Origin: Octopus vulgaris
Taxonomy: Eukaryota
DNA length: 64,000 bases
Assembly (NCBI GenBank): GCA_951406725.2
Contig: OX597815.1
Span: forward strand, 69,812,001-69,876,000
Direction of reading: 5' to 3'
This document shows, one piece after another, positions 26,056-39,509 of this stretch. Positions within the stretch are counted from its first letter, which is position 1. Every line of letters starts with the position of its first letter. The translations under genes were made by a program, and so were the position numbers. The notes beneath the pieces are model-generated. The model did no database searches. It saw nothing but the letters and a program-made list of their open reading frames with translations, and was not told the origin of the DNA.

Positions 26056-29000
26056 TCATAGAATCATAGTCAAGGTGGCTTCGTCATTCATACGGGCCAT
26101 CCTTGCTACATTCACCCATCTTTTTTTAAAATATTCACTAGACAAAACTTGCCTCTCTACTCTCATTTTCCTCTTCAGGTGATACTTGAAGAAGTTGATG
26201 AGAGATTGACCAGAGAGGAAAGTGTTTGTCTCTAATCCTTTCAGGCGCGTCCACCAGATACATTCTTTCACCATAGCCACAAGTATGATAATAATAGCTC
26301 TTCCTTCCCGTTTGAAGGAAGGAGGCGTGTCGATATTAACGATAGACTCGGCTGATAAACCGACACGTCCCACACGTGACAGCAGTCGTTCGACATAAGT
26401 CCACAGGTCGGAAATTGCTGGACACTGCACGATTGCGTGCAGAGCGGTTTCGTCGCTCTGCCCGCATCTCGGGCAGGTCGGCCCCGTGTTTCTCGAGCCA
26501 TGCCTATAGAGCTTATCCCGAACGGGTAGCGCTTCTCGGTAGCACCGCCAGGCCAGGGATATCTGGATGTTATCCATAGGTCCCTGGCCGAAAGTCGTTT
26601 GAAACAGGCGGGTCAGGTATTCCTCGTCGACGCCCAGGTTTGCCCCAAGATCGTCGTCGTACCTCTCCTCCACTAATCCCCTATAGAATGCTTTGGTTGT
26701 GTTGAAGTCACTCAAGGTCGACCCAGGACGGCAGAGTTGCTTGAGAGCAACGCGACACTCGCGGTGCCATTCGCGCTTCCTAGCCTCTTTTTGATCCACG
26801 ACTGCAGTTCGGTCATGGAGACGAGCTGCGGGAAAGCGTGCCTCACAAACGGCGACCACACCTGTTCACCGTCGTCTACATAGAGCCGGAGATATCGCAG
26901 TCTCAGCGCGTGTCTGCGCATCATCAACCACGGCATGCCCAGCCCTCCTTTTAACGGATGTTGACAGCAAATGGATCGCCTGACCATCGGGACGCATCCT
27001 TTCCACAAGAAGCTGAAGAGAATGCGTTCTAGTTTGGTGATGGTAGGGTCGGGACAAGGTACGACGATCAGGCGGTAGTAGATGATGGACGCGATGTACG
27101 CGTTCGCCACCTCCGCCCGACCTTTTAGGGACAGTTTCCTCTCGGCCCATTGCAGGGCGAGAGTGACCACCCTACTCGTTATCTCATTCCAGTTCTCCAT
27201 TTGGAGGTCCGGACCGAACCAGACCCCGAGCAACTTAACCGGGCCGTCTGTCCAGCGTCCCACGACGGAGGTACTGGTGGACGGCATGGGTTTGCTCCTC
27301 CAGGTGCCGAGCCGCAAGCCCACTGACTTTTCCCGGTTGATTTTTGCTCCTGTCACCGCTTCGTAGTCTTTCAGTGTCTCGCCGATCCGCTCGATGTGCT
27401 CGTGGCTTGACACTATGACGGTGACGTCGTCCGCGTATGCAGACACGCTCGTCCCGCATCCCAATTCTCGCGGGATGCCCCTCAGAGTCGCCAGCTTCCG
27501 CAGTAGTGGCTCAAGAGTCAATACGTATAGAAGCGCCGAGAGGGGGCATCCCTGACGGACCGAACGTGCAATGTCGAAAGGTCTCGATAGATGTCCATTT
27601 ACGCGAATTACCGAACGGATGCCTATGTACAAGGCAGCTATCCAGCCGCGGAAGACGGGACCGAAACCAGCCGCTCTCAGGACTGCCTCCAAGTATCGAT
27701 GGTCTACGCTATCGAAGGCTTTCGATTGATCCAAGTTGATCAGGGCCCCACTCATGCCAGGTTCGTTAACTACCCTGTCTATGATGTAGCGCATCAGATG
27801 GAGGTTGTCATGGATGCTCCGGCCCGGCACGGGACACGTTTGTGCGTTGTCGACCAGTTTCTCGATGATAAGCGCCAACCTCTTGGCTAACACCTTTGTC
27901 AAAATGTTCAGGTCTGCATTGAGCAGAGTGATTGGTCTAAAGTTATCTATAATGTTCCCCTTGTTTGGATCTTTCTTCAGCAGAGTTACAGCTCCTCGAC
28001 TCACAAAACCGGGTATGCTCCCGTTTTACTGCCAGTTGCAGTATACCGCTACCAAGACGTCTCCGAACAAGTCTGGCATACAATTGTAAAACTCGTAGGG
28101 CAGACCATCCAAACCCGGCGATTTGTCTCTCGAGCATTCTGCCATCACGTCCCGCACATCCGCCGCCGTGATGGCACCTTCGCAGCACTCTGCCTCTCTT
28201 GCCGAGAGTCGTGGTAGGCTGTGCAGGTAGGCACTGAAGTCCACCCTGCGTTCACGCTCACCACTCGTCCCATACAGTCGGGCAAAGTGCCGCTGAAATG
28301 TCTCGCACATCTTGCTGGGCTCGAGCAATTCGCGCCCCTGTTCATCTACCAGAGACCGAATGGTGGCTTTGTTGCCCTGCTGCGCCTCCGCCACCCGGGC
28401 CTCCCTCGCGGCTCCAACACCTTCCATCCTTAGAGCACGCATCCTAGCCCTGACAGCACACCCTTCGTGTTTGGCGTTGAAGTGTTGTTCAAGGACCAAC
28501 CTCGCCGCTAAAACGTCGGATGTGATGCCACTTCTTATTGCCTCTTCTAGCTTCTTAACTAACTCACCCTCTACTCTATTTCTATCTACGGCTAGTGCCT
28601 TGCTATATCTAATTGCTTCCGCTTTTACTGCTCTCTAGAGGGCGAACCACCATTTGTTGTTGACAATGGCTCCCGTTAAAGCCCTTTTTACTAACGTGTT
28701 GATTCTGTCTCTAAAAACTTGTCTGGACGGGAATGATGCGTTCAGTTTCCAGTACCCAGGACCCTGTCTATGTGCCTTATCTAAGTCTAGCGTACACGTC
28801 ACGAATTTGTGATCCGTGTAGCTGACTGTGTGGAATTGTGGACATCCTAAGTTATCCTTATCTACTGTCCTACACAGTATCCTATCTAGATACGATCTCG
28901 ACGACCCACTGCAGTTGCTCCATGTCCACGTTGGTGCATTTGGGTGGTCGAGTCGGTACCTGTCAGACAGTTGGAATCGTCTGAGCAGGTCTCTGAGGCA

Positions 29001-29490
29001 TTTGCATCCCCTTCTGTTTTTGTCTCTCCCCACATAGTCTAGATGTGTGTCCAAGGTAGCATTCCAATCCCCCACTAAAAGTAAAGGACGAGACGTTCCC
29101 AGGAATACTTCTAGACGTCGAAAGAAATCCGGCCGACCTGTTAAAGGCGGTACGTAGACTGATACGAGTCGAAAAGCGCACCCATTGCTGCCGTCGACAT
29201 CCAGAACGATCAGTCTACCCTCCGGGTCTACGAATATCGTCTTGACTTCTAGATCCAGGCTCTTGTGAAAAAGTACCGCGGTGCCACTACCGCCCATCCT
29301 TCGGCAGACAGGGAGCAAAATAAATGTTAAACTGTCCGCCAAACATGGACTTTAGGGCCCGTGGCTCGTGGAGTCTGGTCTCACTTATGGCTATGATTCC
29401 CAAATCATGTGACTTGATGTCATTTAGGAGGTATCCTTGTTTCCAAGGAGACCCCAAGCCACGCGCATTCACACAACCAATCTTGACCAT
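26056..29490 (-). pseudogene. Tx1 ORF2: APE endonuclease, reverse transcriptase and C-terminal zinc finger, in several frames
   Basis: MVKIGCVNARG, ISET, GDWN, YLDR, TDH, YWKLN (APE); KSPGLDG, FRPITLLN, SKAFD, RQGCPLS, YADD (RT). Confidence 0.95.
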
Positions 29491-29540
29491 GATTCTATTG
29501 GGGTGTGTGCTTTAAAACACAAAAATGAAAGTACAGAGAG

Positions 29541-31395
29541 TTACTTACTTGTGTCGAAAGTTTTTGCTTCCTCGTTCTTTGATGTGTCTTCGAGGAGGTT
29601 TTTATAAAGTTTTTGGGAGAGATATTTTTGGAAACCCCCTACAGCATTTGGGAAGAGGGCTTTGAGTTTGTGGTGTTGTGTTTGTGTGATGTGTAGTATT
29701 CTGATGTGTTTGGGTGGTGTAGTGCGTGGATGATTGCTATTTTTAAAGTCATCTTCACAAATGTTTGTGTGGCCTGTGATGTACTCCATTAATTTGGAGT
29801 CTTTGGTGTCTATCGCTGATAGCATTGAGTGTGTTTTTGTAGTGTTGGTGCTTGTTTGGTTGTGTATGGAGTTTTCAGGGTTCAGGTATTTCCCTGCTTT
29901 GGTTGCGATTTCTTGTTTGTTTTTTTTTTATCTTTTTCTTTTACCCCCTGTGGCTATTTGCCATTCTGTCGAACTTTCATCGTTAGATGAAAAGTCTGAC
30001 GAATCAGCAGGGGGTAAGGGTAAAGCGTCTGGGTCTGTTTGTGCGGTTGTAGATATTGTTGTGGTGCGCGGGGAGGGTGTTGCTGGGGGTTTGTTGTGGT
30101 TATTGTCTCTCCTACATCCTTGGTGCTTGTCTTCTTCGTTGTTATTCTCGGTGTTGGAATTGGTTTAGTTGTTGTTGGTGGTGATGATTCTGTTCTTGGC
30201 GCTGGTGTTGGTGTTGTTTGGTTGGGTTGGCTTGTTCTTTGTTGTTTTTCATGCATTTCTGCATACAGCTTCTTGATTAGCCGTCCATATTGTGGTGTGG
30301 GCAATAATGCTGGCTTTTGTGGTTTTTCCTGTGGCTGTTGTTGTTGTAATTTAGCGGCAGATTTGCACTCCTTTTTGAGGTGTGCCTCACTGCCACATGT
30401 ATAGCATCGTGGCCTTCTGCCCTCGACTACTACGTACAACTTGCGGCCATCCGCAAGATGTACGTGGGTGGGAATTTTGTTAATGTCGTCTTGACTTATG
30501 TGGAAGAGGAACTCCATTCTCTTTCCCAGCCAGTCCTTGTTTTTCGAAACAGTGATATCGAGGATGTTTAAGTCCTCCATTTCGGATGTTATGGCGGATG
30601 TTATCCATAGTGTGGTTGTTACTTGGGGGACATTATTGATAATGACCTTCGTCACCTTCTGGCCAAGGTAACTCGGTGTCATCGTTAGTTCATCAGAATG
30701 AAGGGTTATCGTTGAGAATTTCTTCGCCAACTCTTCATTCTGAAAAACCACCTGTACGTGGGCGAACAAGTTCGCCCAAGTCACATAATCCTTGTATCCC
30801 CAGATTCTATTTTGTCCGTGCTTGCCTTTTCTGGACTTTTAGTTGTTTTATTTGTTATTTTATAAACAATGGTTTTCTTTTTTTCCTCATTCAGTATGTG
30901 TTGTGGTATGTGTAAGAGTATTTTGCCGTTTTCATTGGTGATAAGGTTTCTGCAATCTTTTATTTGTTGTGCAGTAAACGATACTTTTTCTTTTATCGCC
31001 TCGGCGAAGTTTGTTGTTGTTTTGTTATTGTTGTTACTGCCGGTGGTGTTGGTGTTGATGGCAGGGGTGTGGGTTGTAGGTTTGTGGTTGCTGATTATGC
31101 AACTAGCAAGGGGTGGAAAATTGTCTGCATAATTTGGTCCTGCATTAGCGCAAATTTCGGCATTTCGTTTGGTTGTCGTTGTTATTTTTTCACTTGTTGG
31201 TGATGGAGTGAGCAATGGTTGAAGGGAATTGTTGTTTTCGTTGTTGTTGTTGTTGTTGTTGTTGTTATTGTCGTTCTTGGTGACGGCGGTGGTGTTAGTG
31301 GTATTAGTAGCATTGACGGCACGGTTTTTGGTGGCGGTGATGGTGATGTTGGTATTGTTATTGGTGGCGATGTCTTTAGCAGGGATAGCAGTTTT
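29541..31395 (-). pseudogene. Tx1 ORF1 (zinc-knuckle nucleic-acid-binding protein), disrupted
   Basis: VVVEGRRPRCYTCGSEAHLKKEC knuckle in ORF 29954-30784; adjoining ORF pieces 30781-31395 and 29541-29825. Confidence 0.85.
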
Positions 31396-31472
31396 AGATA
31401 GATAGATAGATAGATATACACACATAAATGCACGCACACACATACATACACACACATACATACATACATACA

Positions 31473-31503
<31 letters not shown>

Positions 31504-31504
31504 T

Positions 31505-31950
31505 GCAAGTTCAGGTTTATGCTCGTAATTATTGGGGCATAGGGATATGTAATACCCTGCCTAAATACTAACCTTGAGAAATTAGGCTTCTCAAAACCAG
31601 GAAGGAGAAGGCTGATTCAAAGACTACAGTTCCAAGCTATCGCTAGAACTGTAAAAGTCTATAAAACTTTCCCGAATTTTATGATTTAAGTAATATTAGC
31701 ATGTCTAGATATGCAACTATATGCATAAGAATACATACATAAAACAAAACATGCAAATCTCCACGTATGCATGCATACATACATACATACATACATACAT
31801 ACATACATACATACATACATACATACAGAAAACATACATACAAAATTAGCCTGTTGGTGTTGAAATTCCAATGAATGAGCCTTGGATCAAGGTTAGAAAC
31901 CGGCTCTTTCTCTATTGCCAAGAAATCTTGAAATAAAACTGAATAATAAC
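31505..31950 (+). mobile_element. R4/Dong-like LINE extreme 3' fragment, inside (CATA)n
   Basis: KFRFMLVIIGA*GYVIPCLNTNLEKLGF...LQFQAIARTVKVYKTF; ends CTGAATAATAA like the Dong copy at 17911. Confidence 0.65.
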
Positions 31951-32464
31951 ATACATACATACATACATACATACTTATACATACATACATACATGCATGC
32001 ATGCATGCATGCATACATACATACATACATACATACATACATACATACATACATACATACATACATACATACATACGATATGCGTGTATACGATATGTAT
32101 GCATATCTTGGAAAGATGTTCCCACAATAGCATACACAATACTACCAAAGTGGACTTTTATGCCATCCCAAACATTAAATATCTCAGAAGCAAATATTAT
32201 ACAATTTTGCAAGAAAAGTTATTTCATGGTTTCCTGTAAATTTCCAACAGTCTCTCTCTCTGTGTTTCTTTCTCTCTCTGTCTCTTTCTCTCTCTGTCTC
32301 TTTCTCTCTATGTCTCTTTCTCTCTATCTGTCTGTCTGTTTCTCTCTCTCTCTCTTTCTGGAAACCCAGGACTAATAAGCCCAGTTACCGAGGTTACCAT
32401 GGCGCATTATTGATTAAGATCACAACATCCCCGTTGAACGGGCGCCAGTCCGCTGCAGAGTCCA

Positions 32465-32625
32465 ATACCAGCAAATTTGAGAAGAACAAGTCGATTATAT
32501 CGAACCCAGTACTTGACTGGTACTTTGTTTTTTCGGCTCTGAAAGAATGAAGAGCGAAGCTCTTAGTGGTTATGCCGCTAAGCATTTTGTCCGACTTGCT
32601 AACAATTCTGCCTCCTTACCGCCTA
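32465..32625 (-). mobile_element. SINE family B, diverged copy
   Basis: Homology to 1607-1817. Confidence 0.65.
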
Positions 32626-33256
32626 TTGCAACCAACATTTCAAAATAATCGTGAAATTTTCACGGCTACAGTTAGTCTTTTGTAAATTCTGTTAGACGTA
32701 TTTCAACGATTTCAGAACATAATGTACTATTTTCACTTTCGTAAAAATGGTTTTCACATGGCTTTGCTGTCCCACAATATAAAGTACTTTGATTTACTCT
32801 AAATTACATGTAGGAGTCTGGCAGCATTTGATCATTAACTACAAAAACTCCTAGCTATACGTGGACAATATTTCCTTCATTTCTTTTAACTAATATTGCC
32901 TTTGTTTGTTTTAAAGTCTTTTTGCAGAAACAAGAACATCATTGAAATTATTCATTTACGAAACTAAAGGCAAGCGTAATACTCTTAAATTCCCATTATG
33001 TCACTTATTCATTAGTTATCGTCATTCTTATAAATGTCTAAAATAAAAAAGAAAGAAAAAGTGATAAAGGAGTCAAGTAACTGGATCCTTACTATTTGTT
33101 CAAGGAGATTTGGTCACTATTTCTAGCCAATCGAGTGGCTCGTATTTTTAATTTTTAATTTTCTTTTACCAAACAATATCAAGTAGAGGGAATATATTTC
33201 GTTAAGAGAAATTTGTGTCATAAAAATCACTTCTGTTTTATAACTTTTGATCTTTC

Positions 33257-33600
33257 TTTTATCTTTTCCTTGTTTCAGTCAATGGATTGCGGCCATAGTG
33301 GGGTAACACATTGAAGTTTCTTTTTTTTTTTAGTCGAAAAAAATCGACTTCAGTGATTTTTTTTTTGTTTGGTGGGTGGGTAGCGGTTGTAAGTCTGATA
33401 CTTATTCTATCAGTTCTTGTTTACAAACTGCTAAGTTAGGGATGTAAACAAAGCAACACTGATTGTCAAGCAGTGTTGGTAATAAATGCAAAAACATATA
33501 CACATATACGTATACACACACGGAATCGACGGGCTTCCACACAGTTTCCGTCTGCTAAATTCACTTTCAAGACATTTATCGACCCGGAGTTATAGTAAAG
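33257..33600 (-). mobile_element. SINE family A, diverged copy
   Basis: Homology to 20169-20570. Confidence 0.7.
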
Positions 33601-33723
33601 TATAATTTTACACAAAATTATACTCAAGTATAATTTTACCTGAGTACACTACGTTCTAAATGGTCAGTGATGATCTTGCTTGGTTGCTAATGGACAGCCA
33701 TCATCATCATTATCGTCATCATA

Positions 33724-33826
<103 letters not shown>

Positions 33827-34824
33827 ACTTAGTCAGGAATAAAGAAATATACCAAGTGCGCACAGTGTGGAGGTGGATCCAAAACGGGTAACGAAGCACA
33901 GGATTTCTTCGTAGAGAAACATCATCATCGTTGAGGATTCTGCGAAATTGGCGAAGATTCTTTTTGGCAAGGTAGCAGGTGATTTGGTTGAAATTCAGCT
34001 TGGATGAAGAAAGAGTTTTTAGAAGCCGTGCGATGCACAGTCGTCGTTCGTGAATCATAGAGCAGTCTTGTAAAATTTACGAAGCTGGGTAGACTCCATT
34101 GTTTTTGCTAGGTGGCCTGAAAGTTAGCTATAGCCCAGTAATGCGTCTTAGAGGTAAGCCACTGAATTTTTCTGGTATATGGAACTGAGGAAATATTTAA
34201 TTAATACAGCTTTCTGTGTATAAAATATAGGGATCTTTACTGCTTGGCTGCACATGCGGAAATTTTAAAGTTTAGTGCAAGTTTAAATATTTAGTGTATC
34301 GATGTAATTTTCCACGCTGAATCTCAGAAGATACTTTACCTTTTCCAGGAAAATTTTTGAAAAAATTTACAGAGGTTCAAAATTTGATAATTTCTACCCA
34401 GTCAGAAAACAGGATTTGGAAGCTGTTATTTTGTGCGTGACAATGAAATATTGGCGGAGTTCTGCGTTACGTACGACATATAACTCCCCATAACATATGT
34501 ATTTTTTGGAATTTTCAGAAAATTTTTGCGAATTTGTATTCTACACATGGGAATTCATAGAATTATGCAAACTACCCACCCACAAAAATTGGGGTGTGTT
34601 AGTTAAGGCCTATTTAGCTGTTATTTTATAGCACATCTCACGAGCAACTGTACCTTGTGTTTTAAGCATTTAATATGCGAAAAATTGCCACATGAGTATG
34701 CAGCTTGGCTTGTTACTATGGAAGAGGCACCTATATGTCTGTGACTTTCGATTGGCTAAAATTACTCAAAATTTGCAAACTTTAAAAGGTATTAACTCTT
34801 TATTTATGGCGGAAATGAATTTCC

Positions 34825-35441
34825 GGATCTTTACCTTTTGGGACACTGGTAGAATGTGTCATATAAAACATTTTTTACTCTTAGCATTTTCTAGAAAAAC
34901 TTATATTTACGAAGTAATTTCACGTTAACGTTGTCCTATTTCGGTAATTTCAACCATTCAATGACGTGTATTCAGCTGAATAAAATGTCTGCCGTTGTTT
35001 GTCAGCAAGAACTTCCGGCGGTGTATTTTTCGTTTGTCACTGTTATTTATGACAACCCTAACCCTTACCCTGAAACCCTAACCCTAACCCTAAAACCCCA
35101 ACCTTAACCTTAAAACCCTAACCCTAAAACCTTCAAGCTAAAACCAGTACAAATGCACGAACGATGTCATAAATAACAGTGACAAATGAAAAATAAACCG
35201 CCGATAGTTGTTGTTGACAAACAACGGCAGTAATTTTATTCAGCTGAATACACATCATTGGTTGAAATTACCGAAATAGGACTACTTTAATGTGAAGTTA
35301 CTTCGTAAATACAAGTTTTTTCTCAAAAATGCTAAGAGTAAAATATGTTTTATATGACACATTCTACCAGTGTCCGAAGTTTGAAAGTGTTTAGTTACAA
35401 AAAATTATTTTTTAAATCTGTCAGTCAAAAGGTAAAGATCC
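34825..35441. mobile_element. MITE with about 230-bp TIRs, 8-bp TSD and central telomere-like repeats (Merlin-like)
   Basis: Ends GGATCTTTACCTTTTG / CAAAAGGTAAAGATCC; TSD GAATTTCC at 34817-34824 and 35442-35449; (CCCTAA)-like centre at 35055-35135. Confidence 0.88.
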
Positions 35442-35781
35442 GAATTTCCATCAATACACCAAATATGAAATCAACTGGAAAAAAGAATTGAAGAAATTGA
35501 AAAGTGGCAGCCAAACAGAAAAGACCAAATAATGAATTCTCGTCCGAGCATGTAGATAGCCGTAAGTATGCATAATTGAAAGGACCAGAAAAGGTCGAAA
35601 TACATGTAACGCTCTTGCTGGCAACTGGTGGGACCAAGTTTTGTCTCTGTCTCATATTTATCGTGTTTTTAATACAGCACTTTCATCAAAGATATTATCT
35701 CAGGAAAATATTGTAATAACTGGCCTATCAATAGTGTATATACATTAAGTGTATCATAACATTCTGTTATCCATTTTTTTA

Positions 35782-35996
35782 TTCTTTTATTCGTTTACGT
35801 GTTTCCGTCATTAGATTTCGACTATGCTGGAGCACCGCCTTAAAAAGTTTTAGTCGAAAAAAATCGTCCCCATGATTTATTCTTTGTAAACCTAGTACAT
35901 ATTCTATCGATTCTTTTGACGAACCGCTAAGTTACGGAAACATAAACACACCAACATCGGTTGTCAAGCGCTGATGGGAACAAATACACACCCATG

Positions 35997-36087
<91 letters not shown>

Positions 36088-36480
36088 ATGCTTTTAGCTA
36101 TTTTTTCTTGGGGCTGGCCAGATTGGAGCAATCTCGAGTATAACCAGCCGAAATTGCAAAGATAATCTGGAACTCGACTAAGGATAGAAAACTCCGAATG
36201 ATACGTCCTCGTTTTCCTTGTATCGTCTATCTGGATATTTTGTTTTCCTTTCTTTGTATTTTTTATATATAAAATATAGCGGCGTACGTCCACTTTGGTC
36301 TCTTATATGTAAGTATATATATATATATATATATATATGACGGACGTCATTCAGTTTCCGTCTACCAAATCTACATGCAAGGCTTTGGTCGGACCGAGGC
36401 AGACACTTGCCCAAGGTGCTACGCAATGGTACTGAACCTGGAATCTTGTGGTTGGGAAGCAAGCTTCTTACCACACTGCC
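35782..36480 (-). mobile_element. SINE family A interrupted in its internal microsatellite by a PLE-type repeat (36085-36312)
   Basis: 3' half at 35782-35990 and 5' half at 36340-36480, same orientation. Confidence 0.8.
36118..36187 (+). ncRNA. Permuted hammerhead, core-mutated (CTAAGGA)
   Basis: GCAAT-C-TCGAGT / CCAGCC-GAAATTGC / ACTCGA-CTAAGGA; extension helix CCAGATT/AATCTGG. Confidence 0.6.
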
Positions 36481-36711
36481 GCGACTACATTAAGTATATC
36501 ATTACATTAAGTTTGATATACATTAAGTTTGATACAGAGATGGTTATTGAAATTTTGTTGTATGCGGACGCGGAGGGACATTCACCAGAGAAGCTGATTG
36601 TAATGGTTCAAGAGTGAAGTATATGTGCTGTCAGGGATGGTTAGTAGAAAAACTGGTAATGTTCAAACCAGTCGATAAATATGAAACTCTATAGAGTCCC
36701 GGTGGGGTGGT

Positions 36712-36745
<34 letters not shown>

Positions 36746-37472
36746 TGTATGTATGTATGTATGTATGCATGCATGTATGTATGCATGTGTGTGTATGTGT
36801 GTATTATGAATGTTGGTATATATATGTGTGTTTGTGTGTGTGAGTGTATGCGTGTATGTAGGTGTGTATATGTATATATACATATATGTGTGTGCGTAAG
36901 AGAGAGCAAGAGAGTGAGAGAAAAGAGAGAGAAAAAAGGTGGAGGCATGTATATGTGTGCGCATCTGTTTGAAAAGTATCGAATGATCCAAGTCGTGTCT
37001 AAGAACCGAAATGTTTAGTGGTGAGGGGAGGGAGTCGAGATGGTAGTTAGGGGAGGTCAGTAACTGTTTCGTGGAGGACAGAAAGCAGTAAGAATGAAGG
37101 TATGAGGGGAAGGGAGGGGAGAAAGAAAGAGAGAGGGTGAGAAAGAAGGAGAGAAAGAGAGAGGGGGTGAAAGAGAGCGAGAGAGAGAAGGGCGGATAGG
37201 TTTGAATTGGAAGCTTATGGTACCAGTCACCTTCTTTAAGAGTGGTGGTGGTGGTGGTGGTGGTGGTGGTGGTGTAGTGTTGCAGGTGGGGTGTGGTTGG
37301 GTGGTGGTTGGGTGGCGGTGAGGTGAGGGCGCTCGTGCTGATGGTAATTAGTGTGACCTTTGCTGAGATGGTGAGGTCATGGCAGAATGCTTCTGTTGGG
37401 TTTTTTAACCCTAGGTCTTAGTTGATCGATCATGCCTCTTACCAAAGTATACCCAGCCTTGACCATAAAGAC

Positions 37473-37820
37473 CAGGGATTCTGAACAATTTTTAATCTAT
37501 GGACTCCATTTGATTGCTATGTTATTCTGATGGACCAACAGTCGTTCCATGTTTAAAAACTAGTTCTTTAGATGCTTCTTTCAAAATTCTTATTTTGTTT
37601 TCCACACATTAACTTGTGTAGGTCGAACTGTGTAAAATGTTAGAGAAAAAAACCTAGATATTTCTTGCAACAAAAACCAGTAAATACATCTAAAGCAAAA
37701 TTTATTCAGGGGTCCTTCAAGTACTATTGCAGAGCCCCGATTTACTATCTTGTTACGTGGATTACCAAAAATCTTACATAAACCCTCAGGGGCCAAATGG
37801 ACCCAGGCTGAAAGCCACTG
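37473..37820. mobile_element. hAT (Charlie-like) MITE
   Basis: CAGGGATTCTGAAC ... GCTGAAAGCCACTG termini; degenerate 8-bp TSD ATAAAGAC/ATCTAGAC. Confidence 0.65.
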
Positions 37821-38802
37821 ATCTAGACTCAACATAACATCATCCAATGTTGAATTTGGAGGAAACCTGGCTGTTATGCTTTTTTTTAAAAGTCAAACGA
37901 CCACCTTGAGGCCCCTTCATTTTGGGGATATTGGTGGTGGTGGTGGTGGTGGGGTGTGACTGGTGGTGGCGATGGTGGTAGCGGTGGCGTCGATGGCTGT
38001 GACGGTGACCGTGCTGGAAATGGTGGTGGTGTTAGAGTATCGCTGTTATTGTAGTGTTGATTATGATGGTGGTGGTGTGATGATATTGGCGGTTGTGGTA
38101 AGTGACCATTAATAGGTTTAAAAACATTCTGCTACTGCCATCGTTGCTGCTGTTGCTACTCCAGCTGCTGTTGCTGCTGCAGCTGCTGTTATTGTCGTTG
38201 CTGCTGTCATCGTTGCCAGTGCTCCTGGTGGTGGTGGTGGTGGTGGATGGTGGTGATGCGGCGGCGTGCGTGATGGTGGCGGCGGTGATGGTGGTGGTGG
38301 CGGCGGGTGGTGGTGGTGGTGGTGGTGGCGGTGGCGGCGGCGGGGGCGGCGGTGGCGGCGGCGGCGGCGGTGGCGGCGGCGGCAGCGGTGGTGGCGGTTG
38401 GTTGGCGCGGAACGAACATGTTTGCGGAGTGTGTGGCTGTGTTTGGGCGATGAAGGCGGAGCCGGTGGTGATGATATAGTGATAATGCTATAATGCTATC
38501 GTTGCTGTTATTGTTGCAGGTCAATCGTATTCCAGCCGTGCCCAACCTGGCTTTTTGTATATCAAGAACCAACATTTTCAACGTATCCTTCTGTATTAAA
38601 GACAGTAAAGTACGATTTGGAGATTTGGCTGTTGTCTCTAGCATTCGAGAGATCGCCTCTAGAGGCACCGTCCTTAGAGTTGCTCTTGTTACTGTTTTTA
38701 TTGTTTAACCTCAGGACAGTATCGATCTTTGAGACCTATACTCATAGACACGCCAATCATGGTCATCCGGTCTTATATAGTTCAGACATGGTACCTCTAA
38801 AT

Positions 38803-39077
38803 CAGGGGGTCTCAACCATTTTTTGCCTATGGACCCCTTTGATTCCTATTTTACTTGTGTGCCCTTCCTCCTCTGCTAGCCATTCGTTGTTTAAAAAATC
38901 TTATATTTTTAGAATTTATTATTATTATGAATTGTATAACAATTGTTAAAATATTCTGAGTATTTTGAACGTATAACCAGTTTTACTGGTCCGAAGCACA
39001 ATTTTTCATGACCCCTGAATTACCGCGGACCTCCAATTTTTTACACTGCATCCTTGGACCATGGTTGGAAACCTCTG
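38803..39077. mobile_element. hAT (Charlie-like) MITE
   Basis: CAGGGGGTCTCAACC ... GGTTGGAAACCTCTG; TSD-like CTCTAAAT/CCTTAGAT. Confidence 0.7.
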
Positions 39078-39149
39078 CCTTAGATCGACAACAGGCAAAG
39101 TATTCTGCCATTTTTGGCCATGGCAAGATGTGATTTATTTGTTAACATT

Positions 39150-39475
39150 TTTCATGTTTCAATGATAGAGCTGCGGCCATGCTGGGACCACCCTTAAAGA
39201 GGTTTTTTTTTTCTTTTTTGGTTGAGCAAATTGATCCCCGTACTTTTTTTCGTAAAATCTGGTACTTATTTTACCGGTCTCTTATGCCAAACCGCTAAGT
39301 TACGGAAATGTAAGCAAACCTACACCGGTTATGAAGCGGTGGTGGGCAAACACCGACACAAAGACATATGCATACACACGCGCACGCATGCACATACACG
39401 TCTACCAAATTTGGATTTGGCTAGCCTGGGGCTATAGTAGAAGACACTTACCCAAGGAGCCGCACTGTGGAACTA
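39150..39475 (-). mobile_element. SINE family A, diverged copy
   Basis: Homology to 20169-20570. Confidence 0.7.
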
Positions 39476-39509
39476 TAATCGAGGGAGATTTAGCTACTAT
39501 ATCTTGCAT

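Larger units (their letters stand above)
25696..31395 (-). mobile_element. Tx1/L1-clade LINE, near full length (ORF1 + ORF2, frameshifted), inside (GATA)n
   Basis: ORF1 with CCHC knuckle, ORF2 with APE-RT-CCHC; 3' 2 kb colinear with 3252-5345. Confidence 0.97.

Noticed and set aside
35055-35135. Telomere or chromosome-fusion scar
   Set aside because: Lies at the centre of a MITE with TIRs and a TSD.
38102-38668. Gly-rich or His/Ala-rich ORFs resembling a transcription-factor tract
   Set aside because: Triplet repeats running into a dispersed repeat; no domain or splice context.
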